Shown one piece after another: positions 1-11,767 of a stretch of DNA of 64,000 bases. Source of the DNA: Squalus acanthias (Eukaryota); assembly GCA_030390025.1 (NCBI GenBank), contig JASTWF010000048.1, positions 1,798,001 to 1,862,000 on the forward strand. The letters are read 5' to 3'. The notes under the pieces were generated by a model. It ran no database searches, was not told the origin of the DNA, and saw nothing but the letters and a program-made list of their open reading frames with translations. Positions within the stretch are counted from its first letter, which is position 1. Each line of letters begins with the position of its first letter. A program made the translations under genes and the position numbers.

Positions 1-71
1 CAGCCGCCAATGGTAGTTAACATCTGTATCACAAAATGCAAATTTGACTGGTGCAAGTTGTATGACTCGTC

Positions 72-690
72 GCTCATTTGGTAGCTCTCACGACTCTGAG
101 TCAGAGGGTCGTGGGTTCAGGGCCCGCTCTAGGCACATAAGAACAAATATCTAGGCTGACACTCCTAGTGAGGTATTCAGGGGGCGCTACACTGTCGGAG
201 GGGCAGTACTTCGGGAGCACTACACTGTCTGAGGGACTGTACTGATGGAGCGCTGCATTGTGGGAGGGGGCGTACTGAGAGAGTGCTGCACTGTTGGAGG
301 GGCGATTCAGAGGGAGCGCTGCACTGTCGTAGGGGCAGTACTGAGGGAGCTCCGCACTGTCGGATGGGTAGTACTGAGGGAGGGCTGCACTGTCGAAGGG
401 TCATTATTGAGCGAAAGCTGCACTGTGGGAGGGGCAGTACTGTGGGAGCGCTGCACTGTCGGAGGCGCAGTTTTGGTCAACATTTATCGCTCAACCAATA
501 TCACTAAAACACTTTATCTGGTCTTTATCACATTGCTGTTTGTTGCAGGTGCTGTGCAAAGATTGGTTGCCGTCTTTTAAACAATACAACGGTGAGCAGA
601 CTTCAAAGAACGTACTTCGATGGATGATATGTGTTTTGGGACGTCCTGAAGTCGTGAAAGACGCCGTAGAGATGCAAATTAGTTCGCTCC
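72..690 (+). mobile_element. tRNA-derived Deu-type SINE (SacSINE1-like) with internal 33-bp minisatellite
   Basis: A/B-box-like head (GGTAGC..GGGTTCAGGGCCC), unit CACTGTCGGAGGGGCAGTACTGAGGGAGCGCTG, L2-like tail. Paralog at ~51670-52285. Confidence 0.75.
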
Positions 691-756
691 TTTAGTGAGC
701 TGCCTAGAGGGTGCTGGATCACAGCTGGCGATAAGCGCACGTTGAGAGGGTGTCAA

Positions 757-795
757 GGTTTTTGTATCAGTCTGCGGCAAGTTTGTGTCGCTGTG
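757..795 (-). other. 23-RSS of V1
   Basis: Heptamer CACAGCG (789-795), 23-bp spacer, nonamer ACAAAAACC (757-765). Confidence 0.95.
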
Positions 796-1443
796 CAATA
801 CTCGCCGCACAGTAATAGGTCGCAGAGTCTGTCAGCTCGGAGCCTTCCAGCTGCAGACTGAACTGGTTCTTTGCTGGGTCGAGTTTCACTTTGAATCGAT
901 TCTCGAAAACCGGCTCGCAGCTGCCGAACTCATTGCACATCCACTGTATTGCCTCTCCCACTTGCCTCCACCAGTGCATGGCATGGCTGCCCATGCTCGC
1001 TCCCTCCAAACTGCACATGAAAGTGAACGGCTTTCCCTGGGGAATAGCGGCCGCGGCTGGAGACTGGATCACAGTGGGTGCAGCCCGAACCCCTAGATGA
1101 GGTTTAAACAAAGAAAATATGTTAGAATCATAGAAGGAAGATCGTAGCATAAAATCGTCGAATTTTACTGCACAGAAGCAGACCATTCCGCTACTTTGAA
1201 AGAGCTCTCCAGTTATTCCCACTTCCCTACAGCCCTTCAAATACCCCCACCAATCCCAGCACTCAAGTATTGATCCAATTCCATTTTGGAAGTTATCATT
1301 GAATTTGGTTCCACTCGTATATCAATGCAATTTCTTTCTTTTACTGTTTGCAATTGATATGTCAATGCATTTTACTTACAACAGATCAAATGTCCGAGTG
1401 ATAAGGTGACCACGATTAAGAACATTCTCGCTGAGAAACACAT
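796..1443 (-). CDS. V1: TCR V segment, Vdelta2-like, apparently functional (leader 1380-1443, V exon 796-1092)
   Basis: Leader MCFSARMFLIVVTLSLGHLIC with GTAAGT donor; phase-1 acceptor; open V exon ..FMCSLEGASMGSHAMHWWRQ..DSATYYCAASI; 23-RSS follows. Confidence 0.9.
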
Positions 1444-2909
1444 CGCCCTTCCCCGGGGATGACAGGCAGCGTTACTTAGCGACAACGTGTCAGCTGTACA
1501 ATTGCTCTCCTCAACGGTGCTGCCACCGGTGGTGATGAATTACGCGGGAGGACTGAGCAGCCAATCGTCTGCTTGGACCACCCATGTCAACAGTATGAAC
1601 AAATGAGAAGCATTTCCTTTGATAGCATTGTTTATGCCAAATTATGTACGTAGGTGGAAGATCGTAGCGTCAAATCGTAGCATCTTACAGCGCAGAAGGA
1701 GACCATTCGGCCCATCGTGCCTGTGCAGGGTCTTTGAAAGAGCTGGCCAATTAGGCCCACTCCCCTGCTCTTTCCGCATAGACCTGAAACATTTATGTTT
1801 GGTAATACTAGGGAAATGGGCTGGGTTATAAAATCACTCTTTCTTACTGACTTGTCTGGCCTTCTGTCTTTCCCACTTTGCATTCCTTCTTTCTTTCTTT
1901 CCTTCTTTGCTTCTTCTTTCTATTCGACGTTTCTTTATGTCTGCTTTTCATCGGTCTTTCCTTCGTTCTGTCCCTTCCATTCGTTCTGTTCCATGTAGTC
2001 AGCTCCGATCTCATACTATGATGGACTTGAAGTTACAGCACCCATACCTTGAACGCGAGAGGGACGTGCAGGAGAGTGTATAACATCACAGAGTGTTAGA
2101 ATAGTACAGTACAGGAGCAGGCCGTTCGTAATATTGACTATGCGCCGGTTCATACGAAGGGCACTCACCCGCTCTGGCCCCGTCATCCTGCAATGTTTTC
2201 TCCTACAAGGATTTATCCAACTCCCTTTCGAAAGCTAACATTGCATCTTTATCCACCACCCAATCAGGCTGTGTATTCTAAATACTGAGCACTCGTTGCA
2301 TAAAAAAGATATTCCTCATGTCGCCTCCTGTTGTTTGGCCAATCACCTTAGATCTGTGCCCTCTGGTTATCGACCCTTCAGCCTTTGGAAACAATTTCTC
2401 CCGATTTACAATTCTAAAATTCTTCATGATTTTAAACACCTCTGTCAAACCTCCTCTCGGCCTTCTCGGCTCCAAGGAGAACAACAACAGCGTGCCCAGG
2501 CTATCCACGTAACCGGATCCCTGGAACAATTCTTGTCAATCTCTTCTGTGCCCTCTCCAAAGTATTCACGTTTTTCCTAAAGTGTTGTGACCAGAATTGT
2601 GCATAATACTCCACATGGGGCCGAACTGTTGTTGTATATGGGGTTAGCCTAACTTGAAGGCTTTTGTACTATATGACTCTATTTATAAAGCCCAGGATAC
2701 CATCTGCTTTATTTTACTGCTTTGTTAACTGGCATGTTCTGTCCTGTCTCCTTCAAAGATTTGTCCCAAAACACCTCCAGGTCTATATCTCCTTGCACCC
2801 CCTTTAAATTTATATTATACAGCAGGTATTTAGCATGTAATATAACGGTAAAACATGCTTCACAATACTGACATTAGTATTAATGTCTTTGTAATATGAG
2901 CATCTATCC

Positions 2910-3575
2910 TAACATAAGCACGAACATCCGAATTAGGAGCAGAAAGGAGGCCACTCGTCCCCTCGAGCCTGCTTCGCCATTCAATAAGATCATTGCTGAT
3001 CCGATTACTCCACGTTCCCGCCTACCCCGATATCTTTTCACCCCCTTTCTTAACAAGAATTTATCTACCTCTGCCTTAAAAATATTTAAAGACTCTGCTT
3101 CCACCGCCCTCTGAGGAAGAGAATTCCAAAGACTCACGACCCTCTGTGAGAAAAACATTCTCCTCATCTCTGTCTTATGTGGGCGACCCCTTATTTTTAA
3201 ACATTGACGCCTAGTTCTAGCTTCTCCCACAAGAGGAAACATCCTCTCCACATCCACTCTGTCCAGACCCCTTAGGATCTTATATGTTTCAATCAAGTCA
3301 CCTCTTACTCTTCTAAACTCCAGCTGATAGAAGCCTAGCCTATTCAAACTTTCCTCATAAGACAACCCGCCCATTCCAAGTATTAGTCTTGTAAAACTTC
3401 TCTGAACTGCTTCCAGCGCATTTACACCCTTCCTTTAATAAGGAGACCAATACTGTACACAGTACTACAGATGTGGTCTCACCAATGCCCTGTATAACTG
3501 AAGCATAACCTCCCTACATTTGTATTCAATTACCCTCACAATAAACGATCACATTCTATTAGCTTTCCTAATTAC
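2910..3575 (-). mobile_element. CR1 LINE 3' fragment
   Basis: ORF LSYEESLNRLGFYQLEFRRVRGDLIETYKI..FFSQRVVSLWNSLP. Paralog at ~54510-55175. Confidence 0.85.
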
Positions 3576-3832
3576 TGTGTGCTAGAGGCTGACAGATTAG
3601 TTTCGGACTTTAGGATTCCACAGTCCAAAGCTGAGCAAGCAGGAGGCATCACGTATGACACTATAGAAGAATCAATGTATTTGTGTAAAGAATTATAGCC
3701 AAGTTTGGAGAGAGCATGTTTACATTTCAACTGTTAGTTACCTGGTCAAATTTGATATGTATAACATTTTGCTAAATTATCTCATCTTCCATTGAAAAAT
3801 CCAGTGAGACTGGAATAGACGTAGTGCAACCT

Positions 3833-3847
3833 CGCCATCTACTGGCG
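3833..3847 (-). promoter_or_regulatory. CTCF-like site
   Basis: CGCCAGTAGATGGCG; identical in the duplicate at 55408-55422. Confidence 0.65.
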
Positions 3848-5074
3848 TGATAGCATATGAAACTTAAGGATCACATGACAGTAATCCGAAATTGATAGGT
3901 TCAGGACAAGTAATCTGACCGCTTCGCATCTGTCTTTAAGGTGTATAAATCTGTATTGTTTTCATCAATACTTTGGTATTCTGTGCTGAGAACTCCCCTG
4001 GGTTGGTTAGGAGTTCGAAGTCCCCGATGGATAGCCTACTTGTAAGTGTATAGACGTCTAACCTTACTTCTACTTTCTGTCGCTATTAAGAAAAACAACA
4101 AGTTGTTTTATTACTGGCATGGGAACCGATATAATTACGATTAATCTGATTTTTTGATTTAACAGCGAAGCCCCTTTCCTCCAGGAAAGATGGATGATCG
4201 GGAGAAGCACTGCTGAATTTCCAGGATATTCCCCTCACTTTTCTGCAGTGGTGATACTTAAGACTAATATATCAGTTAGTAGGAATGCACACGGTGTCAT
4301 TTGCATTGAAATAGGCAGATAGAAAATGGAAGAATCAGCAGTAAATTATAAGTTTGTTGATTCTAATTCCGAGAGAAATGCGTTCCAATCCAGATGGACT
4401 CATGGGCGAATTCTCCTCTGTGTGTTGGTTGTAAGCTTCAGTGTGGATCGCTCTCAATCAATCAGAGAAAAATTCTCGAGCAATACATATTGAGTAGAAA
4501 GACTTGCCCAGTAATTTTGTTCGTTATTGTTCTTTCCTATCGACGCTTGCGCAGATAACTTTACAACAAAAACAATTTGCATTGATATAGCGCCTTTAAT
4601 GTAGAAAAACAACTTAACAGAACGAACTACAAAGTTATCACACAAAATTTGACAGCGAAACACATAAGGATAGATTAGAACAGATGACGTAAATCTTGGT
4701 CGAATAGGTAGGATTTAAGGAGTGTCTTAAAGTAGGAGAGAGAGGTAGAGAGGTTTAGGCATTCGATAATTTCATAGATTATGGCTTAGCCTGCTGAAGT
4801 CGCGGCCCCCAATGGTGGTGAGATGGAAATCGGGGATGCAAAAGAGGTCCGACTAGGAGGAGTGCAAAGATCTCGGGGGGTTGTAGAGCTGGAGAAGGTT
4901 ACACAGATAGGGAGGGGAGGGATTTGAACCCGAAGATGAGAATTTTATAGTGGAAGCGTTGCTCAACTGGGAGCCAAAATATATCGTCGAGCACCGAGGA
5001 GTTGGGGAGAATGGGACTTTATTCGATGGAGAATTTTCGCATAGATCCCCTGAATTCTTATAAAACTTTTTTAA

Positions 5075-5656
5075 AATTCGTTCATGGGATGCGGGCATCG
5101 CTGGCAAGGCCAGCATTTATTCTCCCTCCCTAATTGCCCTAGAGAAGGTGGTGGTGAGCCCCCTTCTTGAAACGCTGCAGTCCGTTTGGTGAAGGTGCTC
5201 CAACAGCGCTGTTAGGGAGGGAGTTCCAGGATTTTGACCCAGCGACGATGAAGGATCGGCGATATACTTCCAAGTCAGGATGGTGTGTGACTTGGAGGGG
5301 AACTTGGAGGTGGTGATGTTCATATGCGCCTGCTGCCCTTCTCTTTCTAGGTGGTAGAGGTCACGGGTTTGGGAGGTGCTGCCGAAGAAGCCTCGGCGAG
5401 TTGCTGCAGTGCATCTTGTAGATGGTACACACTGCAGCCACGGTACGCCGGTGGTGGAGTGAGTGAATGTTTAAGGTGGTGGATGGGGTGCCAATCAAGC
5501 GGGCTGCGTTGTCCTGGATGGTGTCGAGCTTTTGCAGTGTTGTTGGAGCTGCACTCATCCAGGCAAGTGGAGAATATTCCATCACCCTCCTCACTTGTGC
5601 CTTGTAGATGTTGGCATGGCTTTGGGGAGTCAGGAGGTGAGACAGTCGCCGCAGAA
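5075..5656 (-). mobile_element. 5'-truncated non-LTR retrotransposon (LINE RT C-terminus and 3' end)
   Basis: ORF tail LRRLSHLLTPQ..IYKAQVR..MEYSPLAW..HRRTVAAVCTIYK is a LINE ORF2 C-terminal motif. Paralog at ~56740-57322. Confidence 0.75.
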
Positions 5657-5663
5657 CACTGTG

Positions 5664-5963
5664 TGCATCCTCGCTGGCCCCACAGTAATATATTCCGCTC
5701 TTCTTGACCAGGGTGTTTTTCAGGGACAGCGTGAAAGTGTTATTTGTCGGGTCGTAATAGACTTCAGAACCTTTTTCTGTAGTTAGATGCAGGAAGTACA
5801 ACCGATCTTATCCAATCCAGGCGGTCACCGATCTGCACGTACCAGGACAACCAATAGTTACTCATGTTGCCCTGAACGATGCCGCAGTAGAACATGGCTT
5901 CCTCCCGTGGAACCGGGTTAGTGGCCGACGGGCTCTGGACGAAGAGTCGTTGGGAACGAACAT
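5664..5963 (-). pseudogene. V2: Vdelta2-like V pseudogene (+1 frameshift, RSS truncated by a LINE)
   Basis: VRSQRLFVQSP..FYCGIVQGNMSNYWLSWYVQ..RKRF* then shifted frame EVYYDPTNNTFTLSLK..GIYYCGASEDA. Heptamer CACAGTG 5657-5663, no nonamer at 23 bp. No convincing leader found. Confidence 0.85.
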
Positions 5964-6926
5964 CTGAAAGATTATTTAAAAAACAATAAGTCAGATCGAC
6001 CGTGAGAGGAAATTAGTGGGTGGTAGGGAGTATGAAATGGACTGAGGCAGGAGCAGAAGAGAGAGAAAAGGAAATAAACAAATTACTTTCCACAAATTGC
6101 GGTCCTAACTTCTCGCTTATATTTACTCTACAGGTTAAGTCTAATTATACGTCGGGTTTATTGAAGTGATAAAATTATAATGGCTTCAAACTAAAAAGTG
6201 AAAACGACAAATACAAGCTAGCTGAATCTGTACCTGAAAGATCTTCGAAGGAAACACATTAATGTAAGGTTCTAGAGAACGTAATAAAAACGTTGCTAAC
6301 GTGTGGAGAACGAGGTTCAGAACGAATTGTGAAATGAGGTAGAGAAAGGGAGAGAATGTGAGAGAGTGGGTGAGAGAGGCAGACAGAGAGGCAGGGAAAG
6401 ACAGACAGAGAGAGACAGAAAGACAGAGACAGCGAGAAACATAGATAGATACACAGAGAGAATGAGAGAGAGAGAGACGAGACACACAGAAATTGAGGTA
6501 GAAAAAATGAGAGCGACAGAGAGACAATGAGTGACTGAGAGAGACAGACTGAGTAAGACAGCTAGAGATTCAAGTTAGAGAGAAAGAGAGAAATACAGAC
6601 AGAGAGACAAGACAGAGATAAAGAGAGCGAGAGCGAGAGACAGATGGATGAAGAGAGAGACAGAGGCAAGAGAGAGTGAAAAGAAAGCAATTTTACAAAC
6701 AAAATGAAAGCTAATTTTTTTTTAAAATATCGATCAATTCTCAGCTACAATGGAAATATTGGACGTTAGACCAGAAGCGTTTTCTCCAGCTAAACATGTC
6801 CAGATTCACACAATGTTTACATGAAGTTAGCTTCTAGTGGATCAAATGGGAAACATCCCGATCTGCGCGGAATGAAAGAACGGTCGGGATGGACACTTCC
6901 GGCAGTTCGCGGGTGTCGCAGGGCCA

Positions 6927-6943
6927 CAGCGCCACCAACTGGC
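6927..6943 (-). promoter_or_regulatory. RSS-proximal CTCF-like site (V3); paralog at 58591-58607
   Basis: GCCAGTTGGTGGCGCTG, 38 bp 3' of the nonamer. Confidence 0.6.
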
Positions 6944-7020
6944 GGTTGAAACCATCGCATTCCTCTGGATCTGGTTCAGGGAGTTTTTGTCACAGAGAGG
7001 CTGTGTTTTCACACGCCTTG

Positions 7021-8104
7021 CATTACTGCACGCGCAGAAGTAGACGGCGGTGTCCGACTGAGAGGCTCCGGTGGGTTCCAGAGTAAACTCAGTGTCGCTG
7101 GGTCTCTGGGCTTTAAACGGTCTGGAGGTGTAATTTGAAACGTGGCCGGTTCCAGCTGAATGGAATAGAGCAACGAGTTCCCGGCTTGTCCCTTGTCGGT
7201 ACCAGTACATGTCACGATAATTAGTGTTCCTCAGGATACATCTCATTACGACCGATTTTCCTGAGCCAACCGACACAGTTCGCGGCGACTGGTCAACGAA
7301 CGAAGCAGTCACTTCTGTCAAATGGAGGATAGAGTCAAATTTGTTTTGATAGAATGATACAGTACAGAAGAAGGTCATTCTGTCTTTATTGCCTGTACCG
7401 GCTCTTTCAAAGAGCTATCCATTAGTCCCACGTCCACCAAGCTCTTTTCTCATAGTACAGCAATGTTTACCACCTTAAGTATGTACCCAATTCCCGTTTG
7501 AAACTTACTATTGAATCTTCTTCCACCACACTTTCAGGCTGTGCATTCCAGAAAACAACTCGCTTTGTAAAAGAAATTCTCCTCATCTCGCTTCTGGTTC
7601 TTTTGCCAGTCACCTTCAATCTGTGTCCTCTGGTTACCGACACTCCTGCCAGTGGAAACATTTTCTCCTTATTCACTCCATCGAAACCCCTCATAATTTT
7701 GAACACCTCTATTAAATCTCCCCTTAATCTTCTCTTCTCCATGGAGAAAAACTCCAGCTTCTCCAGTCTCTCCGTGTAACTGAAATCCCTCATTCCTGGT
7801 ACCATTCTAGTAAATCACCATTCATTGTCTCCAAGGCCTTGACATCCTTGGCCTTTGTGATGCCCAGAACTGAACACACTAGTTAATCTGATGCATAACC
7901 AGTGTTTTATAAAGGTTTCGCCTAAATTCATTGCTTCTGCACTCTATAAAAGTAGGAATCTATGTTTTCGTGGATTAACCCAGCCTAATCATAGAAACTA
8001 TTGTTAAATATGCATTGTGTTCCGACGTTCAAATTGGCGCATTGTTTAAACTTACCTGAAGTTAAAGCTATCGACAAGATTAAATATGACACTTCACGAA
8101 GCAT
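7021..8104 (-). CDS. TRBV: V3: TRBV segment (Trbv1-like); ORF intact but heptamer defective (leader 8056-8104, V exon 7021-7314)
   Basis: Leader MLREVSYLILSIALTS; V ..MRCILRNTNYRDMYWYRQ..DTAVYFCACS. RSS CAAGGCG (7014-7020)-23-ACAAAAACT (6982-6990). Confidence 0.85.
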
Positions 8105-8186
8105 GTTTAGTTCCTGTACAAGGACAGAATGGTCCTTTCTCCGCCGGAGTGTCGGATTATATTTGAAGTGTCATATACTGAAGTCA

Positions 8187-9745
8187 CGTGTCAGCCGTGG
8201 CTCAGGTAGTGCTCTCGACACTGAACCAGAAAGCTGGGGGTTCGAGCCCCACACAAGAGACACAAACACATAACTCAGGACGGCACTGCACGCACCCGAT
8301 TGAGCGAGCGCTGCTCTGCCAGAGGGGCAGTACAGAGGAAGCGCTGCACCGTAAGAGGGGCAGTACTGAGGGAGCTCTGCACTGTCGGAGGGACAGTACT
8401 GAGGGAGCGCTGCACTGTCGGAGGGGCTGTACAGAGGAAGCGCTGCACCGTAAGAGGGGCAGTACTGAGGGAGCTCTGCACTGTCAGAGAGGCAGTACTG
8501 AGGAAACGCTGCACTGTCAGAGGGGCAATACTGAGGGAGCGCTGCACTCTCAGACGGGCTGTACTGAGTGAGCGCTGCACTGTCGCAGGGGAAGTACTGG
8601 GGGAGCGCTCCACTCTCGGAGGGGCAGTACTGAGATAGCGTTGCACTGTCGGTAGTGCAGTACTGAGGGAGCGCTGCACTGTCGGAGTTGCAGTACTTAG
8701 GATGGGCTGCACTGTCAGAGGGGCAGTACTGCGGGAGCGCTGCGCTGTCAGAGGAGCACTACTGAGTGAGCGTTTCACTATCGGAGGAGCAGTACTGAGG
8801 GGGCGCTGCACTGTCGCGGGGAAGTACTGAGGGAGTTTTGCACTGTCAGAGGGGCAGTACTGAGGGATCGTTGCATTGTCGGAGGGGCAGTACTGCGGGA
8901 GCGTTGCAATCTCGGAGGTGCAGTACTGAGGGAGCGCTGCACTCTCGGAGAGGCAGTACTGAGGGAGGGCAGCACTGTTGTAGGGGCAGTAATGAGGTAG
9001 CGCTGCGCTCTCGGAGGCGCAGTACTGAGGGAGCGTTGCACTGTCCGAGGGGCAGTACTGAGGGATAGCTGAACTGTCGTAGTTGCAATACTTAGTGAGC
9101 GTTTCACTGTCGGCGGGGCAGTACTGAGGGAGCGTTGCACTGTCGGACGGGCAGTACTCAGGGATCGCTGCATTGTTGGACGGGCAGTACTGAGGTTGCG
9201 CTGAAGTGTCGGAGGGGCAGGTTTGTGCGAGCGCTGCTCTGTCAGAGGGGCAGTGCTGAGGGACAGCTGCACTGTCGGAGGGGCAGTACTGAGGGAGCGC
9301 TGCACTGTTAGAAGGGCAGTACTGAGCGAGCGCTGCTCTCTCGGAGGGGCAGTCCTGAGTGAGCTTTGCACGATCAGAGGCGCAGTATTGAGTGTGCGTG
9401 CACTGTCAAATGGGTAGTACTGTGTGAGCGCTGTATTGTCGGAGGTGCCTTCTTTCGAAAGAGACGTAAAACAAGGCCCCGTCTGCCCACGGACACTATT
9501 GAAAGATGTGCAGGGGCATTCATCCCGATTTCTTGTGCCAATATATATCCTCAACCAACATCACTAAAAAGATTGACTAATCATATATCTAATTGCTGTT
9601 TGTGGGAGCTTGCTGTGCACAAATTGGCTGCAACGTGTCCTACGTTACAACAGACTATACTTCAAATGTCCTTCATTCGCTGTAAAGCGCTTTGTGACGT
9701 AATGTAGTCTTGAATAGTACAATAGAACTGCAAGTCTTTCTTTCA
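8187..9745 (+). mobile_element. Deu-type SINE with ~1.15-kb expanded 33-bp minisatellite (~8290-9450)
   Basis: SINE head, tandem 33-mers, SINE body and tail. Confidence 0.8.
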
Positions 9746-10842
9746 TTCTTCTTTTGTGTTCACCCGAGAGGGCAGACGGTTTTAAGACGGCTCCTCTGAC
9801 CGTGCAGCACTCCTTCAGTACAGCCCTTCCGACAGTGCGACACTGCCTTAGTACAGGCACTGAAGTGTCATCCTGGATGATTGGCACACGCCGATGGCGT
9901 TTAACTTCAAGCCCCGGCCTTCTAACTCAGAGAGGAAAGTGCTACCCACTGAGCCAACGCTGATACTGTGCAACGTAAGCTGAGTCTTGCAATGTGTTGA
10001 AATCTGTTCTGCCTCAATTCCTTCATCCAATGGCGCCGATTAAAAAGGCCGCGAGCGTCGATACAGAAGGGCCGACCGTATAACAACTTTGTCAAGGTGC
10101 GCATGACACAAGTGCTGCCAACCTGTGGCGGAAATAAGCACTGACCATCTATCTCGAGCTGGCAGCTGGTGGCGAAACGTCAGCACTGAAGATCCATATC
10201 GAGCTGTCAATTTGCAATATAAACTAAACGGAGCCAAGTTAATGTCAAATCCTCAGAGAGTGCGCAGAAGAGATTCACTCGACTGCCACCAGGAATGCAG
10301 AAGTTAAGATAGGTGGAGAGAGTGCATAAGTTGAATTTGTTCTCCTTAGACCAGAGAACCATACGCGAAAATTTGACACAGGTGTTCAAAATCATATAAG
10401 CTTTGATTAGATTAAATAAGGAGAAACTGTTTGCAGTGGCAGAAGGGACGGTAAACAAAGGGCACAGGTTTAAAGTAATTGGCAAACGAATCAGAGGGGA
10501 AGATGAGGAGATGTTTTATTTATGCAGCGAGTTGATATAATCGTGAATACTTTGTCTGAAAGAGTGGTGAAAGCAGATTCAAAAATAACTTTAAAAAGTG
10601 TATTGAATATATACGTGACGAGGAAGATTTTGCAATTTGGCGAAAGAGCAGGGGGAAGTGGGACTAATTGGATAGCTCTTTCAAAGAGCCATTATAGGCA
10701 CGATGGTCCGAATGGCCTCCTTCCGTACTGGATCATTCTATGATGCTATGATCTGGTATGCAGAAAATTTGCACTGAACTTTCATCTACTGCTGCCACCA
10801 GGTGGCGGAAAATGAGCACTGAAATCCCATTCATCCGGTGCA

Positions 10843-10881
10843 GGTTTTTGTAGCTGGGGAGCCGCTTTCTCAAACGCTGTG
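10843..10881 (-). other. 23-RSS of V4
   Basis: CACAGCG (10875-10881)-23-ACAAAAACC (10843-10851). Confidence 0.95.
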
Positions 10882-11767
10882 CGATACTACAAGCACAGTA
10901 ATAGACAGCGGTGTGAGACGGAGAGGCGGTGCTCAGTTCCAAAGTAAACAGCGTATCGCTGCTTCTTTCGGCCTTAAAAGACTCGGACGTGTGTTTCCTA
11001 GCATCACCTTCGCCAGCAGAAGAGAAAAGAGCTTCTAATGCCCGGTCGGGTTGTTGTCTGTACCAATACATTTGGGGATAAGCAGTATTCGTCAGCGTGC
11101 ATCTGAGCGTCGTCGACTCTCCGGCTCCAATCGATATGCTAAAAGGCGACTGCTCCACGTACGAGGCGAGAATTCCTGTCGAAAGAAACATCGATTAGGT
11201 TGTTATTTCCATCAATAATTGAATAGAGAAGGGACTACATATAAATAAATAATTTGCATTTGTACAGTGTAAACTTCGCGATCCCAGAAACTAGCAAAGC
11301 GCTTTGCAACCAAGAAAGAACGTTTTGAAGTGTGGTCATTCATGTCATGTAGTAATCGCTGCAGCCAATTTTCACACAGCAAGATCCCACAATTAGTAAT
11401 ATGAAACTGGATATTTTTAGGTGCTGGTTGCGGAATAAATATTGGATAACATACGTCCATCTGAGCAGCTTTAATAAACATCCGAAAGCTGCCATCTCCG
11501 ACGGTGCAGCACACCCTCAGTACTGCCCCTCCGACAGTGCAGCACTCCCTTATTACTGGCACTGGGAGCGCCAGTCTTGCTTTTTTGCTCAAGTTTCTGT
11601 AATAAGTGAGAGTGAGACGCGAACCGCGACCTTCTGACTCGGTGACAAGACAGCAATCAACTGAATCTCGGCTGATATTATAATACATTATTCTATCAAG
11701 TAAGGTACATTGACTTACGTGGGATTAATGCAGCCATCAAGATTAGATAATGAGCTTCATGAAACAT
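10882..11767 (-). CDS. TRBV: V4: TRBV segment (Trbv1-like), apparently functional (leader 11719-11767, V exon 10882-11175)
   Basis: Leader MFHEAHYLILMAALIP; V ..LRCTLTNTAYPQMYWYRQ..HTAVYYCACSI. Confidence 0.9.

Noticed and set aside
72-130. tRNA-like sequence at SINE heads
   Set aside because: These are A/B-box SINE heads, not complete cloverleaf tRNA genes.
177-470. 33-bp unit as an RSS array (CACTGTC/GACAGTG, occasional CACTGTG)
   Set aside because: No nonamers at 12 or 23 bp, and the motif is inherited from the SINE body.
6999-7005. CACAGCC inside the V3 spacer as a rescue heptamer
   Set aside because: It is only 8 bp from the nonamer, incompatible with 12/23 spacing, and is absent in V3'.
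5664-7314. NAR-TCR-like double-V arrangement (leaderless V2 behind V3; also V5)
   Set aside because: No D, J (FGxG) or 12-RSS was seen between the Vs, and the leaderless segments carry other inactivating lesions.
8275-9554. Long ORFs with repeating peptides (TAPPTVQRSLS, ERCTVGGAVLR), and similar ORFs at 35.7-37, 41.8-42.7 and 60-61.6 kb
   Set aside because: They are translations of the 33-bp minisatellite and are open in several frames on both strands.
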